A DNA stretch of 64,000 nt from Candidatus Gastranaerophilus phascolarcticola (GTDB lineage: Bacteria; Cyanobacteriota; Vampirovibrionia; Gastranaerophilales; Gastranaerophilaceae). The stretch covers positions 198,264 to 262,263 of the forward strand of contig MOYE01000004.1 in the NCBI GenBank assembly GCA_001899335.1, written 5' to 3'. A program made the translations under genes and the position numbers. The notes below the pieces were generated by a model. The model saw nothing but the letters and a program-made list of their open reading frames with translations. It made no database searches and was not told the origin of the DNA. This document shows, one piece after another, positions 9,752 to 20,535 of the stretch. The stretch's first letter is position 1; every line of letters begins with the position of its first letter.

Positions 9752-10861
9752 TTAAGATATCTGCCCTTGTTCTATATTGTAGATTTTTACATCGCGAAGG
9801 AATTCTTCCTCAAAATGGATTGTGTCAACGGACGTTATTATAGTTTGAACCCCGGGTTTTATTGATTTTAAAAGGAAGTTCTGCCGAATGTCGTCAAGTT
9901 CTGCTAGCACGTCATCTAAAAGTAATACGGGATTTTCGCCGGTTTTGTCAGTGATGATTTCAAGCTCTGAAAGTTTGAGCGCAAGTACTACTGTTCGCTG
10001 CTGACCCTGTGATGCAAATTTTGTTGCCTCACTGTCATTTATATAAAATAAAATATCGTCACGCTGCGGTCCAACGCACGACTGACCACGACGGATTTCT
10101 TCGTTCATACGCTCTTCAAGCGCAGCTGCAAAAAGACGCGAAATCGTTTCTACATCCTCCTCACCGTTCAAAAACGAGCAGTCATATTGGATTTTTAATT
10201 CTTCACTTTCGCTGATAATTTTATGTTTTTCGCGCGCGATACGCTCAATTTCTTTTAAAAATTTTAGGCGCAAGAAAATTATATTACTTCCGGCAATCGC
10301 CATTTGTTCGTTATAAACACGCAAAAGCGTTTCATCAATATAGTCGCTTTTTAACAAGTTATTTTTTTGGATGCGGATTTTATCGTATTTTGAAAGTCTT
10401 TCATCATAAGCCGGATAAACCTGTGAAATCGCACGGTCGAGCCATTCGCGTCTGTCAGACGGATTGCCGCGCAGCAAAAGCAAATCCGGTGTTGCAAAAA
10501 GAACTGTGCGCAAAACTGATTTGAAATTTTTAGGCGTGGTTTTGAGTGTGTTAACCCGAAGCTCACGTGTTTTTTCGCGGTTGTAAAAAAATGCAAGTTC
10601 TACATCTGCATCGGCTTTCACAACGTCAGAACGAACTTCCACACTTTGGGCATCAAAGTTGATAAGTTCCTGATTATTTGATGTACGCGGGCTTTTCAGG
10701 GTCGATAGAAAATAAACGCTTTCAAGAATATTTGTTTTGCCCTGTGCGTTTTTTCCGATAATCAAAATTTTATCAAACCCTAAATCCAGCGTGATTGATT
10801 TGCAATTTCTATAGTTTTTTAATGTTAAATTCTTTAATCTCACAAATATATAATACTTCAA
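9752..10861 (-). CDS. recF: DNA replication and repair protein RecF
   Basis: 369 aa. Walker A GKNAQGKTNILE, signature SQGQQRTVVLALKL and Walker B VLLLDDVLAELD. Confidence 0.9.
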   Translation of the reverse strand: MKYYIFVRLKNLTLKNYRNCKSITLDLGFDKILIIGKNAQGKTNILESVYFLSTLKSPRTSNNQELINFDAQSVEVRSDVVKADADVELAFFYNREKTRELRVNTLKTTPKNFKSVLRTVLFATPDLLLLRGNPSDRREWLDRAISQVYPAYDERLSKYDKIRIQKNNLLKSDYIDETLLRVYNEQMAIAGSNIIFLRLKFLKEIERIAREKHKIISESEELKIQYDCSFLNGEEDVETISRLFAAALEERMNEEIRRGQSCVGPQRDDILFYINDSEATKFASQGQQRTVVLALKLSELEIITDKTGENPVLLLDDVLAELDDIRQNFLLKSIKPGVQTIITSVDTIHFEEEFLRDVKIYNIEQGQIS

Positions 10862-10935
10862 ATATATGATTTATTGAATATTCCTTGTAGAAACCACAAT
10901 TTTTTTATATAATTAGCGTAAGAGAGGAAAAATAT

Positions 10936-11181
10936 ATGTTACCTGTTATTACGGAAGAGATATCAGCAGAAATTTTTACGGAAGTGTTTAAAGATGTGCC
11001 GGGTTGGCGCAAAAAGATGATTCACTATTTGAAAGAAGAAAATCCCGAAATTAATACTGCGATTATTGAGGCGGCGAATAAAACAGATTTAGACCCGAAA
11101 GCCGTTGCATTAGGTGCATATATGACGTACCTCCTTATCGAAAGAGCCACGCAGGATCAGGAAATATTTTCAGAGGATTAG
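10936..11181 (+). CDS. hypothetical protein (81 aa)
   Basis: ORF with an upstream GAGAGGAAA Shine-Dalgarno-like sequence, directly upstream of pilT. No motif recognised. Confidence 0.5.
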   Translation: MLPVITEEISAEIFTEVFKDVPGWRKKMIHYLKEENPEINTAIIEAANKTDLDPKAVALGAYMTYLLIERATQDQEIFSED

Positions 11182-11193
11182 AGGAAACGAACG

Positions 11194-12273
11194 ATGATTA
11201 TAGAAGATTTATTAGAGCAGTTAGTTAAAGAGGGCGGAAGTGACTTGCACATTTCGAGTAACCTTGCGCCTGTAATCCGTGTAGACGGAAAATTAAAAAG
11301 AGTTGACGTTCCGCCACTTTCACCGCAGGATGTTGAAAACCTTTTATTCCCTATGCTTTCTAACGAACAACGCCGTAAACTTGAACAGGATTGGGAACTG
11401 GACTTTTCTTACGGTATTGAGGGTTTGAGCCGTTTCCGGGTTAACTTCTATAAAGATAAAGGCAACTACGCAGCTGCTTTCCGTACAATTACGGCAACTG
11501 TTCCTAACTTTGAACAATTAGGACTTCCGGATGTTGTAAAAAGAATTGCTAATTCACCAAGAGGTTTGGTTTTGGTTACAGGTCCTACCGGTTCCGGTAA
11601 ATCTACAACGCTTGCGGCGATGATTGACCACATTAACCAAACAAAAGCTGAACACATTTTGACAATTGAAGACCCTATCGAGTTCGTGCATACCTCTAAG
11701 AAAAGTGTTGTTCACCAGCGTGAATTAGGTATGGATACCCGTTCATTTGCAAACGCTCTTAAATCCGCTCTCCGTGAAGACCCTGATATTATTCTGGTAG
11801 GTGAGATGCGTGACTTTGAAACTATTTCGTTAGCGCTGACCGCAGCCGAAACAGGTCACTTGGTGTTCGGAACCCTGCACACGTCTTCAGCTTCTCAAAC
11901 TGTTGACCGTATTATCGACGTATTCCCTGAAGGACAACAGCAACAAATCCGTGTTCAAATCGCAAACTCTCTTGTTGCAATTTTCTCACAAACATTGTTG
12001 CCAAAAACTTTACCGGACGGAACTAAAAAAGGTCGTGTAATGGCACAGGAAATCCTTGTTTCTAACGGCGCTATTGCAAACCTTATCCGTGAAGGTAAAT
12101 CCGCACAGATTTATTCTTCAATCCAAATGGGTCAAGGTCAGGGTATGCAAACTCTCGAAGCTGCACTCGCTGAACTTTGCAACAAGGGTATTGTTACAAT
12201 GGAAGATGCTCTTGCTAAAACTTCAAGACAGGAAGAGTTTAAACGACTTTTGAAAGAAGCTAGAGAAAGATAA
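11194..12273 (+). CDS. pilT: type IV pilus retraction ATPase PilT
   Basis: 359 aa. Walker A GPTGSGKSTT, the PilT-type AIANLIREGK motif and the His box TLHTSSA. Confidence 0.92.
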   Translation: MIIEDLLEQLVKEGGSDLHISSNLAPVIRVDGKLKRVDVPPLSPQDVENLLFPMLSNEQRRKLEQDWELDFSYGIEGLSRFRVNFYKDKGNYAAAFRTITATVPNFEQLGLPDVVKRIANSPRGLVLVTGPTGSGKSTTLAAMIDHINQTKAEHILTIEDPIEFVHTSKKSVVHQRELGMDTRSFANALKSALREDPDIILVGEMRDFETISLALTAAETGHLVFGTLHTSSASQTVDRIIDVFPEGQQQQIRVQIANSLVAIFSQTLLPKTLPDGTKKGRVMAQEILVSNGAIANLIREGKSAQIYSSIQMGQGQGMQTLEAALAELCNKGIVTMEDALAKTSRQEEFKRLLKEARER

Positions 12274-12275
12274 TA

Positions 12276-13247
12276 ATGAAAGTTGCACAAGTTTCCAACG
12301 ACACAATTAAGATAAATAACGTTCCTGATGAGGAGCTTAACGGTCGGAAAGGTGCAGTAGTCAAAGTTTTAGGCTGCGGCTTGTGTGGTTCAGATATAAT
12401 AAAATTCGAGCACAAAACAGTTCCTGCGGGGACTGTTTTGGGGCATGAAATAGTGGCACGCGTGCTTGAAATTAATTCTGATACAGATTTTAAACCCGGC
12501 GATGTAATAGTTACAACGCATCATATCCCTTGTGGAACGTGTGTTTACTGTAAAAACGGAAATGTTTCTATGTGCCGGCATTTTAAGGAAACAAATATTT
12601 TTCCGGGCGGGTTCAGTGAAAAAGTTTTCCTTTCAGAAGAGCATCTTCAAAATGTTGCTTACCTGAAACCTGAAAATCTGACAGAAATGGAGGCATCCTT
12701 TTATGAGCCGCTTTCTTGCTGCGTTAGGGCTGTAAGACGCGCGAAGTTGAGGGCTGGAAGTGACGTTTTGGTTTTAGGTTTGGGCTCAATCGGAATTTTA
12801 ATGTCACAGGCACTAAAAGCGTCCGGCATGAAGGTTTTGGGTTGCGATATTTTGGCGGAGCGCGTTGAAGTTTTAAAAGGTTTCGGTGTCGACGCGGTGA
12901 CGAATTTGCCTCCTGATTACCGCCCGGATGCTGTATTTTTAACGGCTGGTGCGGATAAAACAGTAGAAATTGCTATAAAAACAGTCCGTGACGGTGGTAA
13001 AATCGTTGTTTTTGCGAGTACGCCGGATAGTTTTCCGTTTCCGAATAATGAGATTTATTATCGTGAATTGACTGTTATGGGGAGTTATTCGCCTGACTTG
13101 TGCGATATGCGCGAATCCTTGGAACTTTTACGTTCAGGCAGAGTGAAAGTTGACGGCTTGTCAACGGTTTATCCGCTTGAGGAATTAGAACAGGCAATCC
13201 GTGACACCAAAAACGCTAAGATTATGAAAGCGTATATAAAAATCTAG
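12276..13247 (+). CDS. zinc-dependent medium-chain dehydrogenase/reductase (alcohol/threonine dehydrogenase-like)
   Basis: 323 aa. Catalytic Zn ligand pattern GCGLCGSD...GHE, structural Zn cluster CGTCVYCKNGNVSMC and a Rossmann motif GLGSIG. Confidence 0.8.
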   Translation: MKVAQVSNDTIKINNVPDEELNGRKGAVVKVLGCGLCGSDIIKFEHKTVPAGTVLGHEIVARVLEINSDTDFKPGDVIVTTHHIPCGTCVYCKNGNVSMCRHFKETNIFPGGFSEKVFLSEEHLQNVAYLKPENLTEMEASFYEPLSCCVRAVRRAKLRAGSDVLVLGLGSIGILMSQALKASGMKVLGCDILAERVEVLKGFGVDAVTNLPPDYRPDAVFLTAGADKTVEIAIKTVRDGGKIVVFASTPDSFPFPNNEIYYRELTVMGSYSPDLCDMRESLELLRSGRVKVDGLSTVYPLEELEQAIRDTKNAKIMKAYIKI

Positions 13248-13480
13248 TGCAATAAATCATCGACCGTGGTGCCGAAAACCTCGGCAAGTTTCATAAGGGT
13301 TGTTATTTTAGGTAACGCTTCTGCTTTTTCTATAAGACTAATGTGTTGTTGGGACATGTCAATCAGTTCAGCCAATTGTTCTTGCTTTAGACCTTTTCTA
13401 ATGCGGTAAAGTCTGATGTTGAGCGCTATTTTTTCTTGTACTGTTTTCTCTTCCATTTTGCTATTATATAACACTTGCAA
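13244..13480 (-). CDS. XRE-family helix-turn-helix transcriptional regulator
   Basis: 78 aa. The pattern IRLYRIRKGLKQEQLAELIDMSQQHISLIEK is typical of Cro/CI-type HTH. Confidence 0.8.
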   Translation of the reverse strand: MQVLYNSKMEEKTVQEKIALNIRLYRIRKGLKQEQLAELIDMSQQHISLIEKAEALPKITTLMKLAEVFGTTVDDLLH

Positions 13481-13541
13481 ATATTTTATTACTATATTAT
13501 CATTGTATATACATAGAATAGATTGTATAGGAGATAAAATT

Positions 13542-13775
13542 ATGCAAAATCAAAAACTGGAATTTTTAGAAGTCTGGAGTAATACGAAGGAAAATTGTGT
13601 GCAAATAGAGGCTTTACTTAATATCCTTAAAAACTATTGCGAAGTGAATGACGACTTGGACCCAAAATTTTTCTATATAGAGGTTCTTCTTGAGATTATT
13701 TTGCACAAAAATCTTGGGTTGAGAGAGCAGATTAATCAAATTGAAGATTGTTCGCGATATTTTATTTTTGATTAA
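13542..13775 (+). CDS. hypothetical protein (77 aa), divergent from the XRE gene
   Basis: I prefer the internal ATG at 13542, preceded by TAGGAGATAAAATT, over the track start at 13416, which overlaps the XRE gene. No motif recognised. Confidence 0.45.
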   Translation: MQNQKLEFLEVWSNTKENCVQIEALLNILKNYCEVNDDLDPKFFYIEVLLEIILHKNLGLREQINQIEDCSRYFIFD

Positions 13776-14558
13776 CTATAACTTTACCAGTTCCGGTAGT
13801 TCGGTGAGTTCGCAGAAAAGTTTTGACGATGCCATAAAGTTTTCAGGGTTTGAGGAAACATAAAAATGTTCGCTGCCGCTGCCGTTTGGATTTGCTGCCA
13901 AATCCTCTTTAATAAATTCTGCAAAATATTTTGACGGGTCTATTAAATTTTCTTCCGGATAAAATTGTTTGATAATGCCTTTTAAATAAGGGTAATGTGT
14001 ACAGCCCAGCACTATTTTTTGCGGGTCGTGAGTAAGCATTTCTTCAACCCTTTCCTTTATTTGTATAAGGCTTTGGGGTTGATTAAGTCTGTTTTCTTCT
14101 ACAATCCTAACCCACGCAGGGCAAGAAATTTCTGTAACTTTCAACGACGGGTTAAGTTTGTTGATTTCACGCGCGTAGGCGTGTGAGTTTATTGTCGCAG
14201 GCGTTGCAAAAACACCCAAATGTTCAATCGGAAGTTTTGAGATAACTTTTGCAACTGATTGGATTATCGGATAAATTTTGAAGTCATAATCGTTTTTCAA
14301 AACATCATAAGTCATAGCAGAAGTTGTATTGCAAGCCATGACAACGGCTTTTACTTTCCGCTGGGCGAAAAAATCGAAAATTTTACGTGCGATTTCGATT
14401 AACTCTTCTTGAGTTTTTTCACCGTAAGGCATATTTACCGTGTCGCCAAAATAGAGATAATCTTCATTTGGCAGAAGTTTTTTTACTTCTTTATAAACGG
14501 TCAGCCCGCCGACGCCCGAATCAAAGAATGCAATTTTTGCTGTACTATTCTTGTCCAA
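13776..14558 (-). CDS. murI: glutamate racemase
   Basis: 260 aa. FDSGVGGLTV, the first catalytic Cys motif MACNTTSA and the second LGCTHYP. Confidence 0.92.
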   Translation of the reverse strand: MDKNSTAKIAFFDSGVGGLTVYKEVKKLLPNEDYLYFGDTVNMPYGEKTQEELIEIARKIFDFFAQRKVKAVVMACNTTSAMTYDVLKNDYDFKIYPIIQSVAKVISKLPIEHLGVFATPATINSHAYAREINKLNPSLKVTEISCPAWVRIVEENRLNQPQSLIQIKERVEEMLTHDPQKIVLGCTHYPYLKGIIKQFYPEENLIDPSKYFAEFIKEDLAANPNGSGSEHFYVSSNPENFMASSKLFCELTELPELVKL

Positions 14559-16392
14559 AATAATTCAATACTCCCTCAACAATAGCTTTTGCTGTTTCCT
14601 GCTTTCTTTTTTCCGTCACGAGAAGTTTTTGTTCCGCCTCGTTTGAGATAAATCCGATTTCGCAAAGTATCGCAGGAATTTCTGTATGATTTATAACATA
14701 AAACTTAGACTTAAACAAGCCTCGATCAAAAGGTTTTAAATTACTAATCAATGCCTCGTGAACAGCTTGTGCAAGCCCCATGCTTTCCTGGTGATAGTAA
14801 TGGGTTTCGACACCTTCGATTTCAGGTTTGACACTGGAGTTTACGTGAATACTTACGAAAATTTCGCCTTTTTCTTTTGCGCTTATTTCTACACGGTCTT
14901 GAAGAGAAATATATTCATCAATGCTGCGTGTCATAATAACTTTGTGACCAAGTTTTGTTAATTCTTTTTGAACTTTTTTCGCAACATCAAGAGTGATGTC
15001 TTTTTCGTTGACTTCGCCCCGGATTGCGCCATAGTCGGTTCCGCCGTGACCTGCGTCAATGACAATGCGTTTGGACGGAATTTTGCTGGACGGAATATTA
15101 AAGAGTTGTTTTTTACTTCTTGCGGTCTCTTTGAGTACAACTTTAATAGATTTTCCGTCTGCGCCAAGGTAGGTGTTAACCTGTGAATCCTGTCTTAGCG
15201 GAATATAAATTCTTACGCCTACACCTTTTTCTGCGCAAATTATCTTTGCGTTCCAGAAGAACGAACCGGCAAAATTTGATTTGAACTGTTCTTCATTGAA
15301 TTTTCCGGCATTATAAAGCGTTAAAATTAGCGCATTGTTTTTCCTGTCTACACTGTGAACGACCGGATAATCAAAGTTCAGAGTCATTGATTGGGTGAGG
15401 TCATTGATTTCGGTCGGAATATATTGTGTCGCTTGAGCGCAGCCTTGTATTAGCTGTGAGGTATCGTAAGTTTTTTGGTTAATAAACAACACGGATTGGT
15501 TGTCTGCTGCGATTACCGGAACGTAATCATCAACATTGTTCGTATAAATAACCGCACGAATTTTGTTTATTGAAAACTGTCCGATTGCGATTTTGTCAGT
15601 TGCGTTGATTTGATACTCTTTATTACGGACTTCGCCGGCGGACAGTGCATTCGGGAAATCATAGATAAGCCTTGTAGGATTTTGTAAAACCATCGGTTTT
15701 TCAAATGTCATTTCACCGAAACCACTCAAAAGTACGGAGTTTGGTTTTGTTGTAACATTGTTTAAATAGTATTTTGTGTTCAGTTTGAACTTTTTGAAAT
15801 CCGGTTCATCCTTTTGTACCGCAGGAGTTTCAGCGGGTTGGACGTTAAATGCATTTTGAATTTCGTTTGCCATATTTACGGCAGGAGGTTCCGGATATAC
15901 TACTTTTAGGTTTTCATAAAAATCGCTTGATGAGGCATGTTCATCACGATAAATATGTTGATAATAATCATTTTGAATATCGTTACCGTTTAGGCGCATT
16001 ATGATATTATTTTTTATACGATAAAATTTAATGTCCTTAAAAACTTTGTCGGTTTTTGGATAGAAAACAACACGGACAATGTTTGGATTATTTTGAAACT
16101 GGCTGATTATAACCCTGTCAAAATTTCCGTTTTGGAAAATCCAGTCTTGTTTTGGAATAGTAAGTACAGTTGACTCTAAATCAAAATAGTATCTGGTCGG
16201 GTTTTCGAGTTTTTTGAGGGTTATGTTTTCTGCGATGTTGCCTTCAAATGTGTCTTTCGCGCTCAACGTAATTATGGCGTTAGAAAGGTCGTAATTTGCC
16301 GACATTACCCTGAAATCTGCGCCAAAAGCTGATCCGGCAAATACAAATATCATTATTAAAAAGATTTTAAGAATATGAAAAAATTTTCCCAT
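14545..16392 (-). CDS. N-acetylmuramoyl-L-alanine amidase (Amidase_3) with long N-terminal AMIN-like region
   Basis: 615 aa. Signal-like N-terminus. C-terminal IVIDAGHGGTDYGA...SIHVNS...LCEIGFISN, typical of AmiA/B/C-type amidases. Confidence 0.85.
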   Translation of the reverse strand: MGKFFHILKIFLIMIFVFAGSAFGADFRVMSANYDLSNAIITLSAKDTFEGNIAENITLKKLENPTRYYFDLESTVLTIPKQDWIFQNGNFDRVIISQFQNNPNIVRVVFYPKTDKVFKDIKFYRIKNNIIMRLNGNDIQNDYYQHIYRDEHASSSDFYENLKVVYPEPPAVNMANEIQNAFNVQPAETPAVQKDEPDFKKFKLNTKYYLNNVTTKPNSVLLSGFGEMTFEKPMVLQNPTRLIYDFPNALSAGEVRNKEYQINATDKIAIGQFSINKIRAVIYTNNVDDYVPVIAADNQSVLFINQKTYDTSQLIQGCAQATQYIPTEINDLTQSMTLNFDYPVVHSVDRKNNALILTLYNAGKFNEEQFKSNFAGSFFWNAKIICAEKGVGVRIYIPLRQDSQVNTYLGADGKSIKVVLKETARSKKQLFNIPSSKIPSKRIVIDAGHGGTDYGAIRGEVNEKDITLDVAKKVQKELTKLGHKVIMTRSIDEYISLQDRVEISAKEKGEIFVSIHVNSSVKPEIEGVETHYYHQESMGLAQAVHEALISNLKPFDRGLFKSKFYVINHTEIPAILCEIGFISNEAEQKLLVTEKRKQETAKAIVEGVLNYFGQE

Positions 16393-16639
16393 AATAAAAA
16401 TTATAATCCCGCGAAATCAAGTGCGCAAAAATGTAAAGTTATATCAAAAATTTACCCCTATACAAAATCCCTATTATATGATACTATATTCTTAGATGTA
16501 GTAGATAATTATTTTTTATAATATATGCAATGACAAATAAAACATAATTTTAAATAATAAATTTTATGAGATACCTGATAGGTTATATGTATCAGGCATT
16601 GTATATCTTATCAAAAAATAGAAAAGGATAAGAGCATTT

Positions 16640-18163
16640 ATGACTAACATTTTATTAGTTATTGCTGTCATAGCGGTAATTGGCTTGACAGTCGTGCTGT
16701 TTTCGCAGCAATCCAAGGTCAAAAAGGCTTTAGCTGAAGTTGAATTTCAGAAAAAAACAATTTCGGAGAAAGAAAACCTTTTGTTAAAAGAAGCTAGAAT
16801 TAAAGCAAAAGAGGAGTTACAATCCGACAGGGAAAAACTTAACGAAGAAGAAAGAGAAAGACGTCAAGAGTTCGCAAGATTAGAACAAAAACTTACTAAA
16901 AAAGAGGATATGCTTGAAGATAAAATTCAGGAATACACCGAAAAAGATTTAAGTGTTCAAAGAAAACTTGATGAATTATTAGAAAAAGAAGATTATCTTG
17001 CAGATATTGTTCAAAAACAAACAGAAGAACTTGAAAAAATATCAGGGCTTTCTGCTGAAGACGCTAAAAAAATGCTTTTAGAGCAAATTAAAAACGATTT
17101 AGCGCAAGAACAAATGCAATTAATAAGAGAAAATGAAGCAAAAATAAAAGAGATTTCGCAAGAAAAAGCAAAAGAAATTCTCTCAACGACAATGCAAAGA
17201 TGTATGATTGAACAGGTTGTTGAAACAACGGTTTCAGTTGTTGCATTGCCAAACGATGAGATGAAAGGTCGTATTATCGGACGTGAAGGTCGTAACATCA
17301 GAACGCTGGAAACTTTGACCGGTGTTGACTTAATCATTGACGACACGCCGGAGGCTGTTGTTCTTTCCGGTTTCGACCCAATCCGCCGCGAAATCGCGAA
17401 ATTAACGCTTGAAAAATTAATCGTTGACGGACGTATTCACCCGGTTAGAATTGAAGAAACCGTTGAAAAAGCCAGAGAAGAAATCGACAAGAAAATTTGG
17501 CACGAGGGTGAAAACGCAGTTCTCGAAATGGGCGTTATGGGCTTAAATAAAGAGTTAATCAAAACTTTGGGACGCCTCTATTACAGAACAAGTTACGGTC
17601 AAAATGTTTTGAAACACTCAATAGAAGTCGGTGCTATTGCCGGCATGCTTGCTGCTGAAATCGGTGCAAACGTAGCAGTTGCAAAACGTGCAGGACTTTT
17701 GCACGATATCGGTAAGGCTGTAGACCAAACTCAAGAGGGTACGCATATTCAGCTCGGTGTTGAGCTTGCAACCCGCTACGGCGAAAAACCTGAAATTGTT
17801 CACGCAATTGAGGCGCACCACGATGATGTCGTTGCAAACACAATCGAAGCGGTTTTGGTAAAAATTGCCGATGCTATTTCAGCAGGCAGACCAGGCGCAA
17901 GACGTGATACTTTAGAAATTTATATTAAACGTCTTCAAAAAATTGAAGAAATCGTTAACAGCTACGATGGTATTAAACAATCATTTGCTGTTCAAGCAGG
18001 ACGTGAGGTTAGAATTATTGTTCAGGCAGAAATGTTTGACGATTTAGCCTCTCAAAAACTTGCCCGTGACGTTGCAAAACGTATCGAGGATGAACTCGAT
18101 TATCCGGGTCAAATAAGAGTTACGGTTGTCCGTGAGTTTAGAACGACAGAAATAGCTAAGTAG
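16640..18163 (+). CDS. rny: ribonuclease Y
   Basis: 507 aa. N-terminal TM helix, long coiled-coil region, KH motif [12 protein letters not shown] and HD motif LLHDIGK...EAHH. Confidence 0.95.
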   Translation: MTNILLVIAVIAVIGLTVVLFSQQSKVKKALAEVEFQKKTISEKENLLLKEARIKAKEELQSDREKLNEEERERRQEFARLEQKLTKKEDMLEDKIQEYTEKDLSVQRKLDELLEKEDYLADIVQKQTEELEKISGLSAEDAKKMLLEQIKNDLAQEQMQLIRENEAKIKEISQEKAKEILSTTMQRCMIEQVVETTVSVVALPNDEMKGRIIGREGRNIRTLETLTGVDLIIDDTPEAVVLSGFDPIRREIAKLTLEKLIVDGRIHPVRIEETVEKAREEIDKKIWHEGENAVLEMGVMGLNKELIKTLGRLYYRTSYGQNVLKHSIEVGAIAGMLAAEIGANVAVAKRAGLLHDIGKAVDQTQEGTHIQLGVELATRYGEKPEIVHAIEAHHDDVVANTIEAVLVKIADAISAGRPGARRDTLEIYIKRLQKIEEIVNSYDGIKQSFAVQAGREVRIIVQAEMFDDLASQKLARDVAKRIEDELDYPGQIRVTVVREFRTTEIAK

Positions 18164-18165
18164 TT

Positions 18166-18993
18166 ATGACAGATAATAAATCAACAATAAAAATATTGTT
18201 TTTTGGTGATATGGTAGGCAAGCCGGGTAGGCTTGCCGTCCGTGATTTCCTTGCACAAAACGGTCATAATTACGACTTTGTAATCGCAAACGGCGAAAAC
18301 GCTTCACACGGGTTCGGACTTACTTTAAAAAATTATAACAATTTATTAGAATTTGGTATCAATTGTGTTACTTCCGGCAACCATATTTGGGATAAAAAAG
18401 ATGTTTGGGAATACATTGATACGGCTGAAAATTTAGTCCGTCCGCTTAATTATCCGAAAGGTACAAAAGGGCGCGGCTGGCGGATTTTAGAAACTCAAAA
18501 CGGCGTGAAAGTCGGTGTTATTAACTTTCTCGGGCGTGTATTTATGAGCCCGATTGATTCGCAGTGGGAACTTGCTAAAGAGGCAATTGAAGAAATTAAA
18601 AAAGTTACGCCGATAATTATTATTGATTTTCACGCGGAAGCAACGGCAGAGAAAATCTGCTTTGGAAAATACTGTTGTGAACTGGGAGCCAGTGCGTTTT
18701 TTGGAACCCATACCCACGTTCAGACAGCTGATGAAAAGATTTTAAACAACATGGCATACATTACAGACGCAGGTTTTTGCGGAAGCGTCGACAGCGTTAT
18801 AGGTATGGAATACCAAACCTCGCTGAACAGATTTTTAACCTGTATGCCTGAACGTTATGATGTGGCAGACAGCAAAGATGTGCAAATTAATGCGGTTGAA
18901 GTTGAAATTGATATCAACACAGGCTATGCTGTTGCTATAAAAAGGATTTCTTGTAATAGTAAACTAGAGGAAAATAAGGAAAATGAAAATTGA
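18166..18993 (+). CDS. ymdB: YmdB-like metallophosphoesterase (2',3'-cyclic-nucleotide phosphodiesterase family)
   Basis: 275 aa. ILFFGDMVGKPGR, NGENASHGFG and GTHTHVQTAD. Conserved position right after rny, as in Bacillus. Confidence 0.88.
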   Translation: MTDNKSTIKILFFGDMVGKPGRLAVRDFLAQNGHNYDFVIANGENASHGFGLTLKNYNNLLEFGINCVTSGNHIWDKKDVWEYIDTAENLVRPLNYPKGTKGRGWRILETQNGVKVGVINFLGRVFMSPIDSQWELAKEAIEEIKKVTPIIIIDFHAEATAEKICFGKYCCELGASAFFGTHTHVQTADEKILNNMAYITDAGFCGSVDSVIGMEYQTSLNRFLTCMPERYDVADSKDVQINAVEVEIDINTGYAVAIKRISCNSKLEENKENEN

Positions 18994-19837
18994 CTTACAC
19001 GTGCATACCCTATACTCGGACGGTGTGTACTCACCTGAAAAAATAGTCGATACCGCACTGGATGTCGGGTTACAGGCAATCTCTTTGACTGATCACGATA
19101 ATATTTTATCGTATCAGGTTGCACAGGATTATATCAAAGAAAAAAATTTGGCAGATAAAATTGAAATAATCCGCGGTGTTGAAATTAATACCCTTTATAA
19201 AAATTATGAAGTCCATATTTTAGGCTATTTTATGGACAGCGATAACAGTGATTTCAAAAATCTTTTGAAAACCCAGCAGCAGGCGCGTATTGTTCAGACA
19301 AAAGAAATTATTGCGCTCCTTGCCAAAAAAGAGGGTATAAAAATTAAATACGATGACATTCAGAAACAAGTTGCGTCGGGCGGAAGTATTGGACGTCCGC
19401 ATATTGCAAAGGCTATTGCTAATGTCGGTGGTACAAGCAATGTTATCGAAGCATATTCAAAATTTATCAATGATTCTTCACCTGTTTACGTACCGAGAAA
19501 AACAGTTTCTCCGTATGATGCAGTTGAAGTAATATACGGTGCGGGTGGGGTTCCTGTTATCGCGCACCCTTATGATATTGATATTGCCGAAAAACTTATC
19601 AAAAACCTCATGTCTTGCGGTTTAAGAGGGATTGAGGCGTATCATAGAAAGCATTCTCCTGCTTGCGTTGAATATTTCTCATCAATGGCAGAAGAACTTG
19701 GATTGATTGTTACAGGCGGTTCGGACTTCCACGCTCCAAACTCTCTGAACGGTCAAATTGTGTTAGGAAAAAACTTTGTTCCTGAATGGATTTATGACAA
19801 ACTGGTTCAGGAAAAAAGGATGATGGATTTAGCCTAA
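18983..19837 (+). CDS. PHP-domain phosphoesterase (TrpH/YciV-like)
   Basis: 284 aa. IDLHVHTLYSDG, ISLTDHD, IAHP and GGSDFH motifs of the PHP fold. Confidence 0.85.
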   Translation: MKIDLHVHTLYSDGVYSPEKIVDTALDVGLQAISLTDHDNILSYQVAQDYIKEKNLADKIEIIRGVEINTLYKNYEVHILGYFMDSDNSDFKNLLKTQQQARIVQTKEIIALLAKKEGIKIKYDDIQKQVASGGSIGRPHIAKAIANVGGTSNVIEAYSKFINDSSPVYVPRKTVSPYDAVEVIYGAGGVPVIAHPYDIDIAEKLIKNLMSCGLRGIEAYHRKHSPACVEYFSSMAEELGLIVTGGSDFHAPNSLNGQIVLGKNFVPEWIYDKLVQEKRMMDLA

Positions 19838-19893
19838 AGTGCCTGAGGCACATCCATATTTGAACCCGTGCTAACGGTCAACGGAGAAATTTT

Positions 19894-20535
19894 ATGAGTT
19901 TCAGAAAATTCTGGAAAATTGAATATACGCTCACTCTTTTTGCGATATTTGCAATATTTGTGCTGCTTTTGCCTACAACTATTCAAAACGCAAGACAAGC
20001 AAGTTTGATTTCCCGCTGGAACGAAAAATATAATCGTGTAAATTATATGTTTTCGGTTCTAAATACTCATGCAAACGAAGAAATTATCAAGAGCTTGAAA
20101 AAAGCGCAAACCAACGAAGAGCGCAGCAAACTTCTAATATTATTGATGCAGCCGTATTTGAGGATTTCGTCAAATAATGTTCCAAGCAGACATTATCACC
20201 CTAAATTTATGAACAATTCGCGGATTGGCAAAAATCAATACTATTATTTTGATGATTTCTATTATGCTGAAAACAATACGATTATCGGTATTAAAGACCT
20301 GGAACAGCAAAATGCCGATGATCCAATGTTTATGCTAATGTTCGATTTGAACGGATTATTGCCTCCTAACCGTTGGGGCAAAGATATTTTTGGCATAAAC
20401 ATATACGGTGAAGGTCATATCGAACCTTTTGGCAAGCAGTTTGATATGGCAGATTTGAAGTTGGATTGTTCCGAGAAGGGGCTCGGAATAAACTGTTCCT
20501 ATTATTATATAATTGGTGGTGGTTTCGATGAGTAA
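19894..20535 (+). CDS. membrane-anchored hypothetical protein
   Basis: 213 aa with a single N-terminal hydrophobic helix (LTLFAIFAIFVLLLP). No canonical prepilin G/FTLIE site, so I do not call it a pilin. Confidence 0.5.
   Translation: MSFRKFWKIEYTLTLFAIFAIFVLLLPTTIQNARQASLISRWNEKYNRVNYMFSVLNTHANEEIIKSLKKAQTNEERSKLLILLMQPYLRISSNNVPSRHYHPKFMNNSRIGKNQYYYFDDFYYAENNTIIGIKDLEQQNADDPMFMLMFDLNGLLPPNRWGKDIFGINIYGEGHIEPFGKQFDMADLKLDCSEKGLGINCSYYYIIGGGFDE

Noticed and set aside
6476-10861. The SWIM-SNF2 helicase next to RecF and ComF as a possible defence island.
   Set aside because: The composition is like the core genome. There are no mobile-element signs, and SWIM-SNF2 (YwqA/RapA-like) proteins are common chromosomal genes. 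Nothing in the sequence points to a dedicated system.
16640-19837. rny-ymdB-PHP phosphoesterase as a possible nuclease-based novel system.
   Set aside because: RNase Y followed by YmdB is a well-known conserved housekeeping arrangement. The composition matches the core genome.
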